64,000 bases of DNA from Candidatus Uhrbacteria bacterium (GTDB lineage: Bacteria > Patescibacteriota > Patescibacteriia > UBA9934). The position numbers and the translations under genes were made by a program. Positions 11,701 to 20,868 of the stretch are shown one piece after another. Location: positions 82,195-146,194 of the forward strand of contig CALRHV010000001.1 of the NCBI GenBank assembly GCA_943359525.1, read 5' to 3'. The first letter of the stretch is position 1. Each line of letters opens with the position of its first letter. The notes beneath the pieces are model-generated. The model searched no databases. It was not told where the DNA came from and worked only from the letters and a program-made list of their open reading frames with translations.

Positions 11701-12504
11701 CTACCCCAAAAGTCCGAAGTACCAGGAAACTACCGAGTTTCCAAAAAAGAGGGCGATGATGGTGCCGATGACCATGAAGGTTCCAAACGGGACGTGGCTG
11801 CGGAGGTCGCGGCGACGGAAGAAGATGAGGTAAATACCGAGAATGGCGCCGATGGCGTAGGCGGTGAGAAGGGCAAAGATGCCGAGCTCGGGGCCGAGGA
11901 GGAAACCCATCACCATCGCCAAGCGAATATCTCCCCCACCAACCCATGTTCCGCGAGAAGCAATATATTGCACTGCAAAAAATGATCCAAGAAGAAATCC
12001 GCCGAGCAGCATCGTCAACGGATCAACACCCATCACTGCGTTCAATGAAAGCGCGATGATCATTGCCGGAACAGAGAGACGATCCGGAATAATGCTCGCG
12101 CGATAATCGAACATGAAAATCGGCAAGAGCAGCATTGCAAGCAAGCCGTTGCGAAGGAACAACCCCATTGCATCTGATGCGTCGCGAGCGAAGTATGGGA
12201 TGTTCGAGTCTTGTGTAACGATTTGATACGCGAATCCCATGAACAAAAGCATCATGGCGATTTCAAGCACGGGATACTGCCAAGGAATCACGGTTTTGCA
12301 CGCACGACACTTTGCCTGAAGCACCAGATAACTCACCAGTGGAAAATGATCCTTGGCATGCATCGGCCTGGCGCACGTCACGCACTTTCGTCGACCAGCG
12401 GTAAATCGCAATCCATCTGGCGTGCGCAACATGAAAATGTTCACGAATGCTCCGCACACTAAGCCGAGAACTCCCGCAACCACGATGATAGGAAACAATG
12501 GCAT
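11701..12504 (-). CDS. pilD: type IV prepilin peptidase (A24 family)
   Basis: 267 aa; N-terminal tetracysteine zinc site CVTC...CRAC followed by polytopic membrane peptidase and methyltransferase regions. Confidence 0.85.
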   Translation of the reverse strand: MPLFPIIVVAGVLGLVCGAFVNIFMLRTPDGLRFTAGRRKCVTCARPMHAKDHFPLVSYLVLQAKCRACKTVIPWQYPVLEIAMMLLFMGFAYQIVTQDSNIPYFARDASDAMGLFLRNGLLAMLLLPIFMFDYRASIIPDRLSVPAMIIALSLNAVMGVDPLTMLLGGFLLGSFFAVQYIASRGTWVGGGDIRLAMVMGFLLGPELGIFALLTAYAIGAILGIYLIFFRRRDLRSHVPFGTFMVIGTIIALFFGNSVVSWYFGLLG

Positions 12505-12507
12505 AGA

Positions 12508-12993
12508 TTAGAGCGCGGCGCAGGTGCCGGTTTTAAATCCGTTTTCGCTTAAACAATCGAGCCCCTTCGCCACACCAAGCAACGAATTCCCCCCTTCAAG
12601 CTCGAACTGAATGCGATACGAATCTGCGGTTCCACTGTAACAATACACATCACTCACCCCACCACAAACTACTAATCCATCAATTCCCGCTGACGGCGGA
12701 GTCGTCACAACGGACAGATACGGCGTTGGGCCGTTGAGCGAACATGGTGCAGCGAATCCTTCTGGTGATAAACATGCAGTGAGCGCTTGTCCAAGCGGAA
12801 TCGCCTCGGCAGCGATTGGATATGCGCTGTGATTTTGGAAATACATCTCCAACGCCATCTGCAATTCGCGCACATTCGCAAGCCGCGTCACGTCGCGAGT
12901 ATGGCTTCGGGCCGACAGCACGGCGTAACCCGACACAAGACCGATCACACCAATAATTGCGGCCATGATAAGGATTTCTGCGGTTCGTGTCAT
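12508..12993 (-). CDS. type IV pilin-like (pseudopilin-like) protein
   Basis: 161 aa; hydrophobic prepilin-type N-terminal helix with Glu (MTRTAEILIMAAIIGVIGLV), but no canonical Gly-Phe cleavage site; lies between pilM and pilD. Confidence 0.5.
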   Translation of the reverse strand: MTRTAEILIMAAIIGVIGLVSGYAVLSARSHTRDVTRLANVRELQMALEMYFQNHSAYPIAAEAIPLGQALTACLSPEGFAAPCSLNGPTPYLSVVTTPPSAGIDGLVVCGGVSDVYCYSGTADSYRIQFELEGGNSLLGVAKGLDCLSENGFKTGTCAAL

Positions 12994-13373
12994 AGGAGAA
13001 TGATGTTATGAAGCCGCTCTGCCACGCTTCGCGGTGTACTATGTGTTGTAAGAATAATATCATCTGCACCGGCCTTGTGCAGCGCCGCAACAAAAACGCT
13101 GCTTGCCTTCTTTGTAAATACAACGAGATGAAGCGACTTCATGGTTGGCTGTTTGTGCAGTGCGCGAACGTGCGCTACCACATCGTCGTCAGTTCCAACG
13201 CTCCCAGCATCAATCACGAGAAGCGCCGCATGAAGACGAAGCGCGCGACGTTCAAACTCCGCTATTTCCGGCACAAGAACCACCTTCGCAAAGCGTTCAA
13301 GATGACGTTCGTATACCGCGCCAAGAGCAGTATGCGTCGTCACCAACACGATAGTTGGCTTTACGTTGACCAT
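12990..13373 (-). CDS. hypothetical protein (weak resemblance to a CheY-like receiver fold)
   Basis: 127 aa; alternating beta/alpha pattern with a conserved Asp in LLVIDAGS and Lys in FTKK; sits in the pil cluster with 4-nt overlaps. Confidence 0.35.
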   Translation of the reverse strand: MVNVKPTIVLVTTHTALGAVYERHLERFAKVVLVPEIAEFERRALRLHAALLVIDAGSVGTDDDVVAHVRALHKQPTMKSLHLVVFTKKASSVFVAALHKAGADDIILTTHSTPRSVAERLHNIILL

Positions 13374-13378
13374 ATCGT

Positions 13379-14491
13379 TTACTTTTCTTTCTCCGCCACC
13401 ACACGCATAGCCAAACCAATCGCCACAGCGAGACGGCTTCCCACTTCATCAAGGACAGCGCGAGACTCTGGTGGCGTTGCAATTCGAGCCCACGGATCGC
13501 CGATGTATACATTCATGTTCAACGTGCTTGTCATCGCCGCATCAATCCCGGCAAGCGCTGCAGAACCACCGGTCAAAATCACCTTATCAACCGGTTTCGG
13601 CTGCTGCGTATTTTCCTGAAGGTTGATGTCGAGCGCGTACCTTACCTCATGCAGCAGCGGCTTGATTGCCGCAAGAATGGCTGGAGGCATCGTTGCTCCA
13701 GTGCCAAGCGCCAAGTCTTTTTTCGTTGCCTCTGCTTCCGGCAAGCCAATGCTCATTGCGCCAGAAAGCGCCTGAGTCACCGCGCCACCACCGGATTTAA
13801 TTCCGCGAGTAAGATATGGCACGCCTCGCTCTGCAATAAGAATATTCGTTCGATCGCCACCAATATCCACAATCATCGTTTTTGCGTTGTCCTTCCCGAT
13901 CAATGATCGCATCAACGCGAACACCTCGGTTTCCAATGAAATCAACTCGATCTTTGCGAGCGCGAACACGGCAAGATACTTTTCAACGAGCGCTTTTGGC
14001 GCCGCCGTCACCTGCACGCGAACGGTCTTTGCTTTTGATTCGGTAGCATCGCCTTCCTTTGGCAAGAAATCCTTGTCGATGATGTACGAATCGATGATCA
14101 TCTCCGCAACCGGCAATGGCAACAACTTCCCCGCCTGTGTCTCCACTAATGGACGGATATCTTCTTTGGCTGACTTTGGCGCGGGAATACTAATAATTGC
14201 GTGAAACACACTTTGTGCCGGCAACGATGCAACAGCCTTCGTCGCCTTCATGCCGCTTGCCTTGATAATGCCGCACAGCACCTGCGCAAGCTTCTTTGGC
14301 TCATCGATCGAAAGCGCCGACGCATCGCCGCCATATGGAATATCCGCGTAGCCGTATGTGATCAATCGAATACGACCAGCGTCTGGCGCAAGCTCGACGA
14401 CCTTTAAACCCGTCGTTCCAAGATCCACGCCAAGTAACGCCTGAGAGACTTCCTCTTTTTTTGTTCCAAACATATAGGGAAAGTATAGCAC
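13379..14491 (-). CDS. pilM: type IV pilus assembly protein PilM (actin-like ATPase)
   Basis: 370 aa; N-terminal GVDLGTTGLKVVEL and a second GGDRTNI phosphate-binding motif. Confidence 0.85.
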   Translation of the reverse strand: MLYFPYMFGTKKEEVSQALLGVDLGTTGLKVVELAPDAGRIRLITYGYADIPYGGDASALSIDEPKKLAQVLCGIIKASGMKATKAVASLPAQSVFHAIISIPAPKSAKEDIRPLVETQAGKLLPLPVAEMIIDSYIIDKDFLPKEGDATESKAKTVRVQVTAAPKALVEKYLAVFALAKIELISLETEVFALMRSLIGKDNAKTMIVDIGGDRTNILIAERGVPYLTRGIKSGGGAVTQALSGAMSIGLPEAEATKKDLALGTGATMPPAILAAIKPLLHEVRYALDINLQENTQQPKPVDKVILTGGSAALAGIDAAMTSTLNMNVYIGDPWARIATPPESRAVLDEVGSRLAVAIGLAMRVVAEKEK

Positions 14492-14509
14492 GCAGCCGCA
14501 ACTCCTCGA

Positions 14510-14938
14510 TTATCGACGCACATTAATGGCATCCAGCGTCTGATTCACCAACGCGTCGGCAGCGGTGTTTTGTTCGCGGAACACATGGGAGAATGTTGCC
14601 TTTATGAATTTCGTGCGGAGATTGTGAACCTCGAGGAACCGTTTAGCGATTTCTGGATTCTTCACGCGATAGATACCGTTGATCTGTTTCACGGCGAGCT
14701 CGGAGTCTAACCGCACATCGATTTCTTCGTATCCAAGATCGAGCGCCTTCTGCAAGCCGACAATGATGCCGGTGTACTCGGCTTGATTGTTCGTATCAAT
14801 GCCGATGTACTTCGCGGCATCACCAACGCGTTCGCCCTGTTCGCCACTCGCCGATAGCGCAAACAACACCGCAGCCCCAGCAGCAGGCCCTGGATTTCCT
14901 CGCGAGCCGCCATCTGCGTACATTCTTACTCTTTTCAT
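14510..14938 (-). CDS. rnhA: ribonuclease HI
   Basis: YADGGSRGNPGPAAGA... with the catalytic DEDD layout; the start ATG overlaps the recJ stop as ATGA. Confidence 0.8.
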   Translation of the reverse strand: MKRVRMYADGGSRGNPGPAAGAAVLFALSASGEQGERVGDAAKYIGIDTNNQAEYTGIIVGLQKALDLGYEEIDVRLDSELAVKQINGIYRVKNPEIAKRFLEVHNLRTKFIKATFSHVFREQNTAADALVNQTLDAINVRR

Positions 14939-16656
14939 AATCGAATATCTACAATGCGACATTGTACATCCTTTCGTCCGTTCCATTCGTTGATTCCCGG
15001 TTCATACGCGATATCAATTTGTCTTCCTCGAGTCAGTGCTTCCGCTTTATCACCCATCCCAAATCCCACCATCTTACAAACCTTCCCAGCGTCATCGAGC
15101 ACGGTGAGTCGCAGATGAGCTCCCGTCGCGCCCATCGTTTCCGCGACCATGACCGTAAGCTTCAACGCGGCGAACACTGGTGAACGGTTTCCCTCTCCAA
15201 ACGGTGCGCAAACATTCAGTTCGCCGATTCCGTCGATCGTGAATGTAGACGGAGTAACGATCGCGTCGATCGGCAGCGTGACCGACGGTCCATTTGGGCC
15301 GAACTTTGATCGCGCAAACGCATTCATCTGTGTTCGAAATTCGTGAACGTCGTCCATCGATCGAACTGATAATCCGCATGCTTGAGGATGCCCGCCTTTC
15401 TTAAGGAAAATATCGCCGCACGCATTCATCGCCTCGACGAGATGCAAACCACCGGCGGTGCGGCCACTTCCCACGTAATGATCACCAACTTTCGTGAGTG
15501 CAAATGCCGACAACGCAAAATCGTTAACGAGACGGCCGGCAATGAGGCCAACAATTCCCGGCAACCACGCGTCACTTGCGACGACGAGGACGTTGCATTG
15601 ATCGTCGATCATGGACTTCGCGATGGCCTCAGCCTCTTTGTACGAATCTTTAAAGATCGACTGGCGTTCTTTATTGAGTGATTCAAGCTTTGTTGCAGCG
15701 ACCTCGGCAGCCTCCGCGGTCTGTGCCGTGAGCGTATCGAATGCGAGCTTCGCGCTCGACAATCGCCCCGCAGCGTTCAAACGAGGTCCGATCCTAAATC
15801 CAATCGCAGTCGTGTCGATGGAACCAAGATCGGTTCCAGACATCGTCAGCATCGCGCGTAATCCAGGTCGGCGAGTCTTGTTCAATACTTGCAATCCAAA
15901 TGTTTCGAGCACGCGGTTTTCACCAAGAATCGGCATCACATCGGTGACGGTTGCGATTGCCACAAAATCGAGAAACCATTTTTCATATCCTTCCGGAATG
16001 TCAGCGCCCCGATTCCGAGCCTCGTGAATCAGCCCCGATGCAAACTTGAACGCAACACCCGTTCCGCACAGCGTTTTATTGGAGTACGTCTCCCCCGGTG
16101 CCAACGGATGGAGCACGATTGCGTGATGAGGAAAATGGGTGCCCATCTGGTGGTGATCGCACACAATCACATCGATTCCCCCTTCGAATGCCCGATCGAG
16201 CTCTAATCCATTCGCGATTCCGCAATCGACGGTGACAAGGAGTTTTTTCTTTTCATCGATCAAGCGCTCGATGGTATGCATCGCGACACCGTATCCGTCT
16301 TTCTCGCGATCGGGAAGAAATACTTCGACGTTAAATGTAAACGACATCTTCTCGGTGATGTACCGCAACGCTTCGAACAACAACGCCGATCCAGAAACAC
16401 CGTCAGCATCGTAATCGCCGTGAATAACAATCGCGTCACCACGCTCCAGTGCGCCGAACATCGCGGCAACCGCCTTTGTCATCTGCGTAAAATCAAACGG
16501 TGAAAACGTATCGCGTGCCCAGTCAGGATTCAAAAAATGATCGCGGTGCTCCATCGCAACCCCACGATTCACCAAAAGCTGCGAAACAAGGTTCTCCTCG
16601 CTCCGCGGCGCAATATTCCAGGCAATCGTCGCCACACTAAAATCCGAACTGGCCAA
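14935..16656 (-). CDS. recJ: single-stranded-DNA-specific exonuclease
   Basis: 573 aa; DHH motifs (HGDYDADGVSG, VCDHHQ) and DHHA1 region. Confidence 0.9.
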   Translation of the reverse strand: MASSDFSVATIAWNIAPRSEENLVSQLLVNRGVAMEHRDHFLNPDWARDTFSPFDFTQMTKAVAAMFGALERGDAIVIHGDYDADGVSGSALLFEALRYITEKMSFTFNVEVFLPDREKDGYGVAMHTIERLIDEKKKLLVTVDCGIANGLELDRAFEGGIDVIVCDHHQMGTHFPHHAIVLHPLAPGETYSNKTLCGTGVAFKFASGLIHEARNRGADIPEGYEKWFLDFVAIATVTDVMPILGENRVLETFGLQVLNKTRRPGLRAMLTMSGTDLGSIDTTAIGFRIGPRLNAAGRLSSAKLAFDTLTAQTAEAAEVAATKLESLNKERQSIFKDSYKEAEAIAKSMIDDQCNVLVVASDAWLPGIVGLIAGRLVNDFALSAFALTKVGDHYVGSGRTAGGLHLVEAMNACGDIFLKKGGHPQACGLSVRSMDDVHEFRTQMNAFARSKFGPNGPSVTLPIDAIVTPSTFTIDGIGELNVCAPFGEGNRSPVFAALKLTVMVAETMGATGAHLRLTVLDDAGKVCKMVGFGMGDKAEALTRGRQIDIAYEPGINEWNGRKDVQCRIVDIRL

Positions 16657-16735
16657 TCGATGCCAACATCGACACCATTACCAACAACGCAACAACCGCC
16701 CAGAACTTTTTTGCTCGTTTTCCATTCTGCATACG

Positions 16736-18550
16736 TTATCGCTTTAAGACTTTCATATACGCCTCGCTTGGGATGTCCACGGATCCCACACCCATCGCAA
16801 GCATTTTCTTTTTTCCTTTTTTCTGTTTCTCGAGCAACTTCAATTTTCGCGTAAAGTCTCCACCATACAATCCCGATGTCACGTCTTTTCGCATTGCGGA
16901 AATTCGTTCACCGGCAACAACTTTTCCACCAATCATCGCCTGCAACTTGATGACGAATTGCTGACGAGGAATACTGTCTTTCAAAATCTCGAGCACACGA
17001 CGACCAACACGCTCTGCTTCGTTGCGATACACCATCATCGCAAACGCATCCACGTTTTCGTCGGCGACTGAAATATCCAGTCGTACCACATCGGCTTCGC
17101 GATAGGTGAACACGTCATAACTCATCGAGGCATATCCACTCGAGGCGCCTTTGAGTTTATCGTTGAAGTCCACAATAATCGCAGACAACGGAATTTCGTA
17201 GTGAATCAATGCGCGACCTTCTGAAAGGTAGTCCGTATTGAGATAGATCCCACGACGGTCTTGTGCGAGACTCATCACGTTTCCGATGGAATCCACTGGA
17301 GTAATAATATCGATCTTTGCCCACGGTTCCTCAATACGATCCAAGAAACTCGGATCCGGGAGATCGAGCGCACTCTTCACGACCTCGAATTGATCAGGTG
17401 CCGCATTCGCTCGAAATACGTGATACGCCACCGACGGAAGCGTAACAACGAGATCGATCGTAAACTCGCGACTCAATCGTTCCTTCAAGATCTCGAGATG
17501 GAGCATGCCTAAAAATCCACAACGGAATCCGTAGCCGAGTGCTGGTGAATGCTCAGGCTCAAACACGAGCGCGGCGTCGTTCAGCTTCAGCCGATCCATC
17601 GCGTCGCGCAGTGCGCCATACTCATCGCCTTGCGCTGGAAATACACCAGCGAACACCATCGGCCGTACCTCGCGATATCCGTGCAACGCTTCAACAGGCG
17701 CAACCACCGGAAGTGTGGTCATGGTGTCCCCAACTCTACAGGCCCGAATATCTTTCAATCCCGTAACGATGTAGCCGATCTGACCAGTTTCGAGCTCGTC
17801 AAGCGGCGAAAACTTTGGCGTTAATGCTCCAAGCTCCAAGATTTCTCCTTCAGCTTCCGTTGCGAGTAATTTCAACTTGTCTTTCTTTTTGAACGTGCCG
17901 TCCATCACGCGAACGTATGCCACAACACCTTTGTAGTCGTCGTAAGCAGAATCAAAAATGACGGCACGCGGCGGCTTTGTTTCCGATCCCTCTGGCGACG
18001 GAATGCGGTCAATAATGACATCGAGCAACTCGCGAACGCCTGCGCCAGTTTTTCCTGACACTTCCAAAATCGAATCTGGATCACATCCAAGAAGCTTCAC
18101 GAGCTCGGCTTTCCGAGTAGGCACATCGGCGGCCGGAAGATCGATCTTATTCAACACCGGGATGATTTCGAGATTTTCTTCGACGGCAAGGTACAGGTTC
18201 GCGATGGTTTGTGCTTGGACGCCTTGCGTGGCATCGACGAGAAGGACGGCACCGTTCACCGACGCCAACGATCGGCTTACCTCGTAGTTAAAGTCGATAT
18301 GGCCTGGGGTATCGATAAGGTTCAGCGTGTAGTCCACATCGTTCTTTTTCCAGACCATTCGAGCTGGGGCAAGCTTGATAGTGATTCCCCGTTCTCGCTC
18401 AATATCCATGGAATCGAGCACCTGGTCCTTCATGACGCGCTTGTCGATAGTGCCAGTTACCTCCAAAAGCCGGTCCGAAAGCGTGGATTTTCCGTGGTCG
18501 ATGTGAGCAATGATGCAGAAATTGCGAATGTTTTTCTGTAGGACGGGCAT
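16736..18550 (-). CDS. lepA: elongation factor 4
   Basis: 604 aa; GTPase G1 AHIDHGKST and the LepA-specific C-terminal domain. Confidence 0.9.
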   Translation of the reverse strand: MPVLQKNIRNFCIIAHIDHGKSTLSDRLLEVTGTIDKRVMKDQVLDSMDIERERGITIKLAPARMVWKKNDVDYTLNLIDTPGHIDFNYEVSRSLASVNGAVLLVDATQGVQAQTIANLYLAVEENLEIIPVLNKIDLPAADVPTRKAELVKLLGCDPDSILEVSGKTGAGVRELLDVIIDRIPSPEGSETKPPRAVIFDSAYDDYKGVVAYVRVMDGTFKKKDKLKLLATEAEGEILELGALTPKFSPLDELETGQIGYIVTGLKDIRACRVGDTMTTLPVVAPVEALHGYREVRPMVFAGVFPAQGDEYGALRDAMDRLKLNDAALVFEPEHSPALGYGFRCGFLGMLHLEILKERLSREFTIDLVVTLPSVAYHVFRANAAPDQFEVVKSALDLPDPSFLDRIEEPWAKIDIITPVDSIGNVMSLAQDRRGIYLNTDYLSEGRALIHYEIPLSAIIVDFNDKLKGASSGYASMSYDVFTYREADVVRLDISVADENVDAFAMMVYRNEAERVGRRVLEILKDSIPRQQFVIKLQAMIGGKVVAGERISAMRKDVTSGLYGGDFTRKLKLLEKQKKGKKKMLAMGVGSVDIPSEAYMKVLKR

Positions 18551-18590
18551 ATTTGGTAAAAATCGTACCGTATTTTACGAAAGCCTGCAA

Positions 18591-18619
18591 TTGACGTATC
18601 CTTCATTTTAGGCTAATAT
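18591..18619 (+). promoter_or_regulatory. sigma70-like promoter
   Basis: TTGACG, a 17-nt spacer, then TAATAT; about 60 nt upstream of the ATG at 18679. Confidence 0.45.
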
Positions 18620-18678
18620 TAGATGTTTCTAAGGCTTCGCCCGAGAAACCACCACCTTCCAAAACCTGCGAGGATCTC

Positions 18679-19215
18679 ATGAACTCCACTTGGCCACGTC
18701 GTCAGCGTCAACCGCCCCTCATGTTCAGCGTGCTCACAACGAGTGGCATGCTGGGCGTCGCCCTCAGCATGAGCGCGGACGAATGCGACAGCAAGCTGTT
18801 GTCCATGGCGGCGCTGAAAGAAAAGGCGCTGAAAGATACAGCGACTCGCTACCGCGAGGCCCGAACGGCCGAAACGCAACGATACCAAACCGTCGAGGAA
18901 CCGGCCATCATCTCCGCATTTCTGAAACTCGAAGCGCCACCGGTCGCTGAACCGTTCCTCGCTGCATGGCGCGGAAAACGCGACGCACTCCTGGAACAGC
19001 TCATGGCATTCGGCTACGTCGTGGCCGTCATGGGAACGCTTGAGAATGCGACTGCAGAAAGCCCTGCCACCGGCACGGTTTTCACGATCGAGGGAGTCAC
19101 GGCTGGAGATTTCTTGCTCGTGGGTCGTCGGTGGCGCATTGGCGCAAACGATTCACGGAGAACAACACCGTACAAAAAAGTACCTCAGCACGTCATGACC
19201 GGAGTGAGTCCCTAG
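18679..19215 (+). CDS. hypothetical protein (GC-rich island)
   Basis: 178-aa ORF downstream of the promoter above; local GC is clearly higher than in the flanks. Confidence 0.4.
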   Translation: MNSTWPRRQRQPPLMFSVLTTSGMLGVALSMSADECDSKLLSMAALKEKALKDTATRYREARTAETQRYQTVEEPAIISAFLKLEAPPVAEPFLAAWRGKRDALLEQLMAFGYVVAVMGTLENATAESPATGTVFTIEGVTAGDFLLVGRRWRIGANDSRRTTPYKKVPQHVMTGVSP

Positions 19216-19228
19216 CGGATTCCTCGAA

Positions 19229-19271
19229 CGCGCTACGGCCCGGCTTCCCACGCGGGAGCCGGGCCGTTCGT
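19229..19271. repeat. 42-bp hairpin direct repeat, copy 1
   Basis: CGCGCTACGGCCCGGCTTCCCACGCGGGAGCCGGGCCGTTCGT; identical to 20095..20137; a 9-bp GC stem with a nested TCCC/GGGA stem. Confidence 0.85.
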
Positions 19272-19280
19272 CGTTTCACG

Positions 19281-19658
19281 TTACGAACAGAATTCCTGAA
19301 GTTGTGCGCGTTCGCCGTCGGTGAGTACCGCGTCGCATTTCGCCAAAATGGCGCGACAGAGACCCAGAAGCTTCCTGCGATCAGCACCCAAGGGCTTCCC
19401 GCACTTCGCGCGCGAGATGTACGTTTGCGACACACCAGCTGCGCTCGCGAACTCCCACTGGCGAACATCAGATCGCTGGAGGATGCTCCGAATCATAGCC
19501 GCAAATACATTGTGCTCCTCATCGCTACCCGGCGCATGGGTATTCTCAGAAACGAATATCGCCGTCACACCGGCCTTCGCGAGGTGCTTCAGAAACTCCT
19601 CAAGACCCTCGCCGTCTGCAAGTGTCACGCGGACCGTTCCGCGGAATTCGATCACCAT
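19281..19658 (-). CDS. XRE-type helix-turn-helix domain protein
   Basis: HTH stretch QWEFASAAGVSQTYISRAKCG; start taken at MVIEFRG (19658) rather than 19811 to avoid an Arg-rich leader. Confidence 0.5.
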   Translation of the reverse strand: MVIEFRGTVRVTLADGEGLEEFLKHLAKAGVTAIFVSENTHAPGSDEEHNVFAAMIRSILQRSDVRQWEFASAAGVSQTYISRAKCGKPLGADRRKLLGLCRAILAKCDAVLTDGERAQLQEFCS

Positions 19659-20041
19659 GGGGCGCCTCCAAAGTCCCAAAGCTCCCGTTCGGTCCTGTGA
19701 CGACAGTACAGGTCGATGGCGCCCCAGGAATGGGAGTGCATGTAGTCGCAGATTTCGTCTTCGGGTGCCAGATTCAAGGCCTCGCCGAAGCTGGTGAATG
19801 CCGCGCACCACTCGTCGTCCTCGGGTTTATATGCCCGATTCCAATGAGCAATAGCGCGTTCCACGGCAGCCAGAGCGACTTCTCCGAGCTTGTTTTTGGC
19901 GATCGTCCGCGATTCAGAGTACCGATGGTGCAGATACAAACCGAGCAGCACCACCAAAGGGATGCCGCACGTAACGGGGAGAAAGATCGTGACGATGAAT
20001 TCGAGGAAACCTGATGGGAACATGGGGAGTCTCCAATGCAA
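19652..20041 (-). CDS. hypothetical small membrane protein
   Basis: 129 aa; N-terminal TM segment; 7-nt overlap with the HTH gene downstream. Confidence 0.4.
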   Translation of the reverse strand: MHWRLPMFPSGFLEFIVTIFLPVTCGIPLVVLLGLYLHHRYSESRTIAKNKLGEVALAAVERAIAHWNRAYKPEDDEWCAAFTSFGEALNLAPEDEICDYMHSHSWGAIDLYCRHRTERELWDFGGAPW

Positions 20042-20094
20042 AAGATACTAAAAACTCTCGATTCCCGCAATATTTTGAGTAAAATCTCCACAAT

Positions 20095-20137
20095 CGCGCT
20101 ACGGCCCGGCTTCCCACGCGGGAGCCGGGCCGTTCGT
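20095..20137. repeat. 42-bp hairpin direct repeat, copy 2
   Basis: Identical to 19229..19271. Confidence 0.85.
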
Positions 20138-20140
20138 TGT

Positions 20141-20848
20141 TCAGTTTACCTGCGCAGCACGACACGCATCTTCCAGCGCCGCGAGCGCCACAAGGACGAG
20201 AAGGATCCGGTCGATCGACTGCAGATTGTGACCATGTGCCTCCCATCCTTCGTTGTTGTCACGCGGACGGTCAATATCTGCAACCCCGAAGCATGCGCAG
20301 TTGATGCCAACCGACATGTGCAGTGTGCCGGAATATTCCTCCACCGACCGCGAACTGATGGCCGCAGAATCTCCACACATCTGACGTTCCGCTCGTATCA
20401 CCGCACTGGTGACATCTCGGAATACGTCGGCTCGTACCGCGCGGATGAACCTCGCGAATCGCCCAGACGCAGCGACGGTGATGTCGGCCACACCGTATCG
20501 CAACACCAAGGCGTCAATCCACAACAGTTGGCCGCTTGTGTCGTCTTGCAGCTCAGAAAGATCCAAACCCCGAAACGCATCGACGGCGACGCGCAAGGTT
20601 GCAAGGGCGAGCGTCGTCTTTTTCCATTCCTGCGAGCCGATGCGTGCCACGGGAATCCGCAACACCACATGACTCTCTCGACGTTCCAGTTCGTTTTCGC
20701 GGAACTCGATTCCGCCACACGTCACCGCATCAATGAGCGCCCACGTGCGCAACGTCCACGTCACCAGAACCGCGTGTCCGTCCGCCACCAACGACAACGT
20801 CGAGGCAAACGGAGGCTTCGCCTCTTTCATGCACGGTTGAAAAACCAC
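20141..20848 (-). CDS. hypothetical protein (GC-rich island)
   Basis: 235-aa ORF; the antisense ORF 20036..20872 (+) is Arg-rich and looks spurious. Confidence 0.4.
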   Translation of the reverse strand: MVFQPCMKEAKPPFASTLSLVADGHAVLVTWTLRTWALIDAVTCGGIEFRENELERRESHVVLRIPVARIGSQEWKKTTLALATLRVAVDAFRGLDLSELQDDTSGQLLWIDALVLRYGVADITVAASGRFARFIRAVRADVFRDVTSAVIRAERQMCGDSAAISSRSVEEYSGTLHMSVGINCACFGVADIDRPRDNNEGWEAHGHNLQSIDRILLVLVALAALEDACRAAQVN

Positions 20849-20868
20849 GGATCACCTCCAAAAAAAGT

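Noticed and set aside
19229-20137. Integron attC sites / gene cassette
   Set aside because: The 42-bp repeats are perfect copies of a simple hairpin lacking the R/L core-site organisation of attC, and no intI is nearby; described instead as generic direct repeats.
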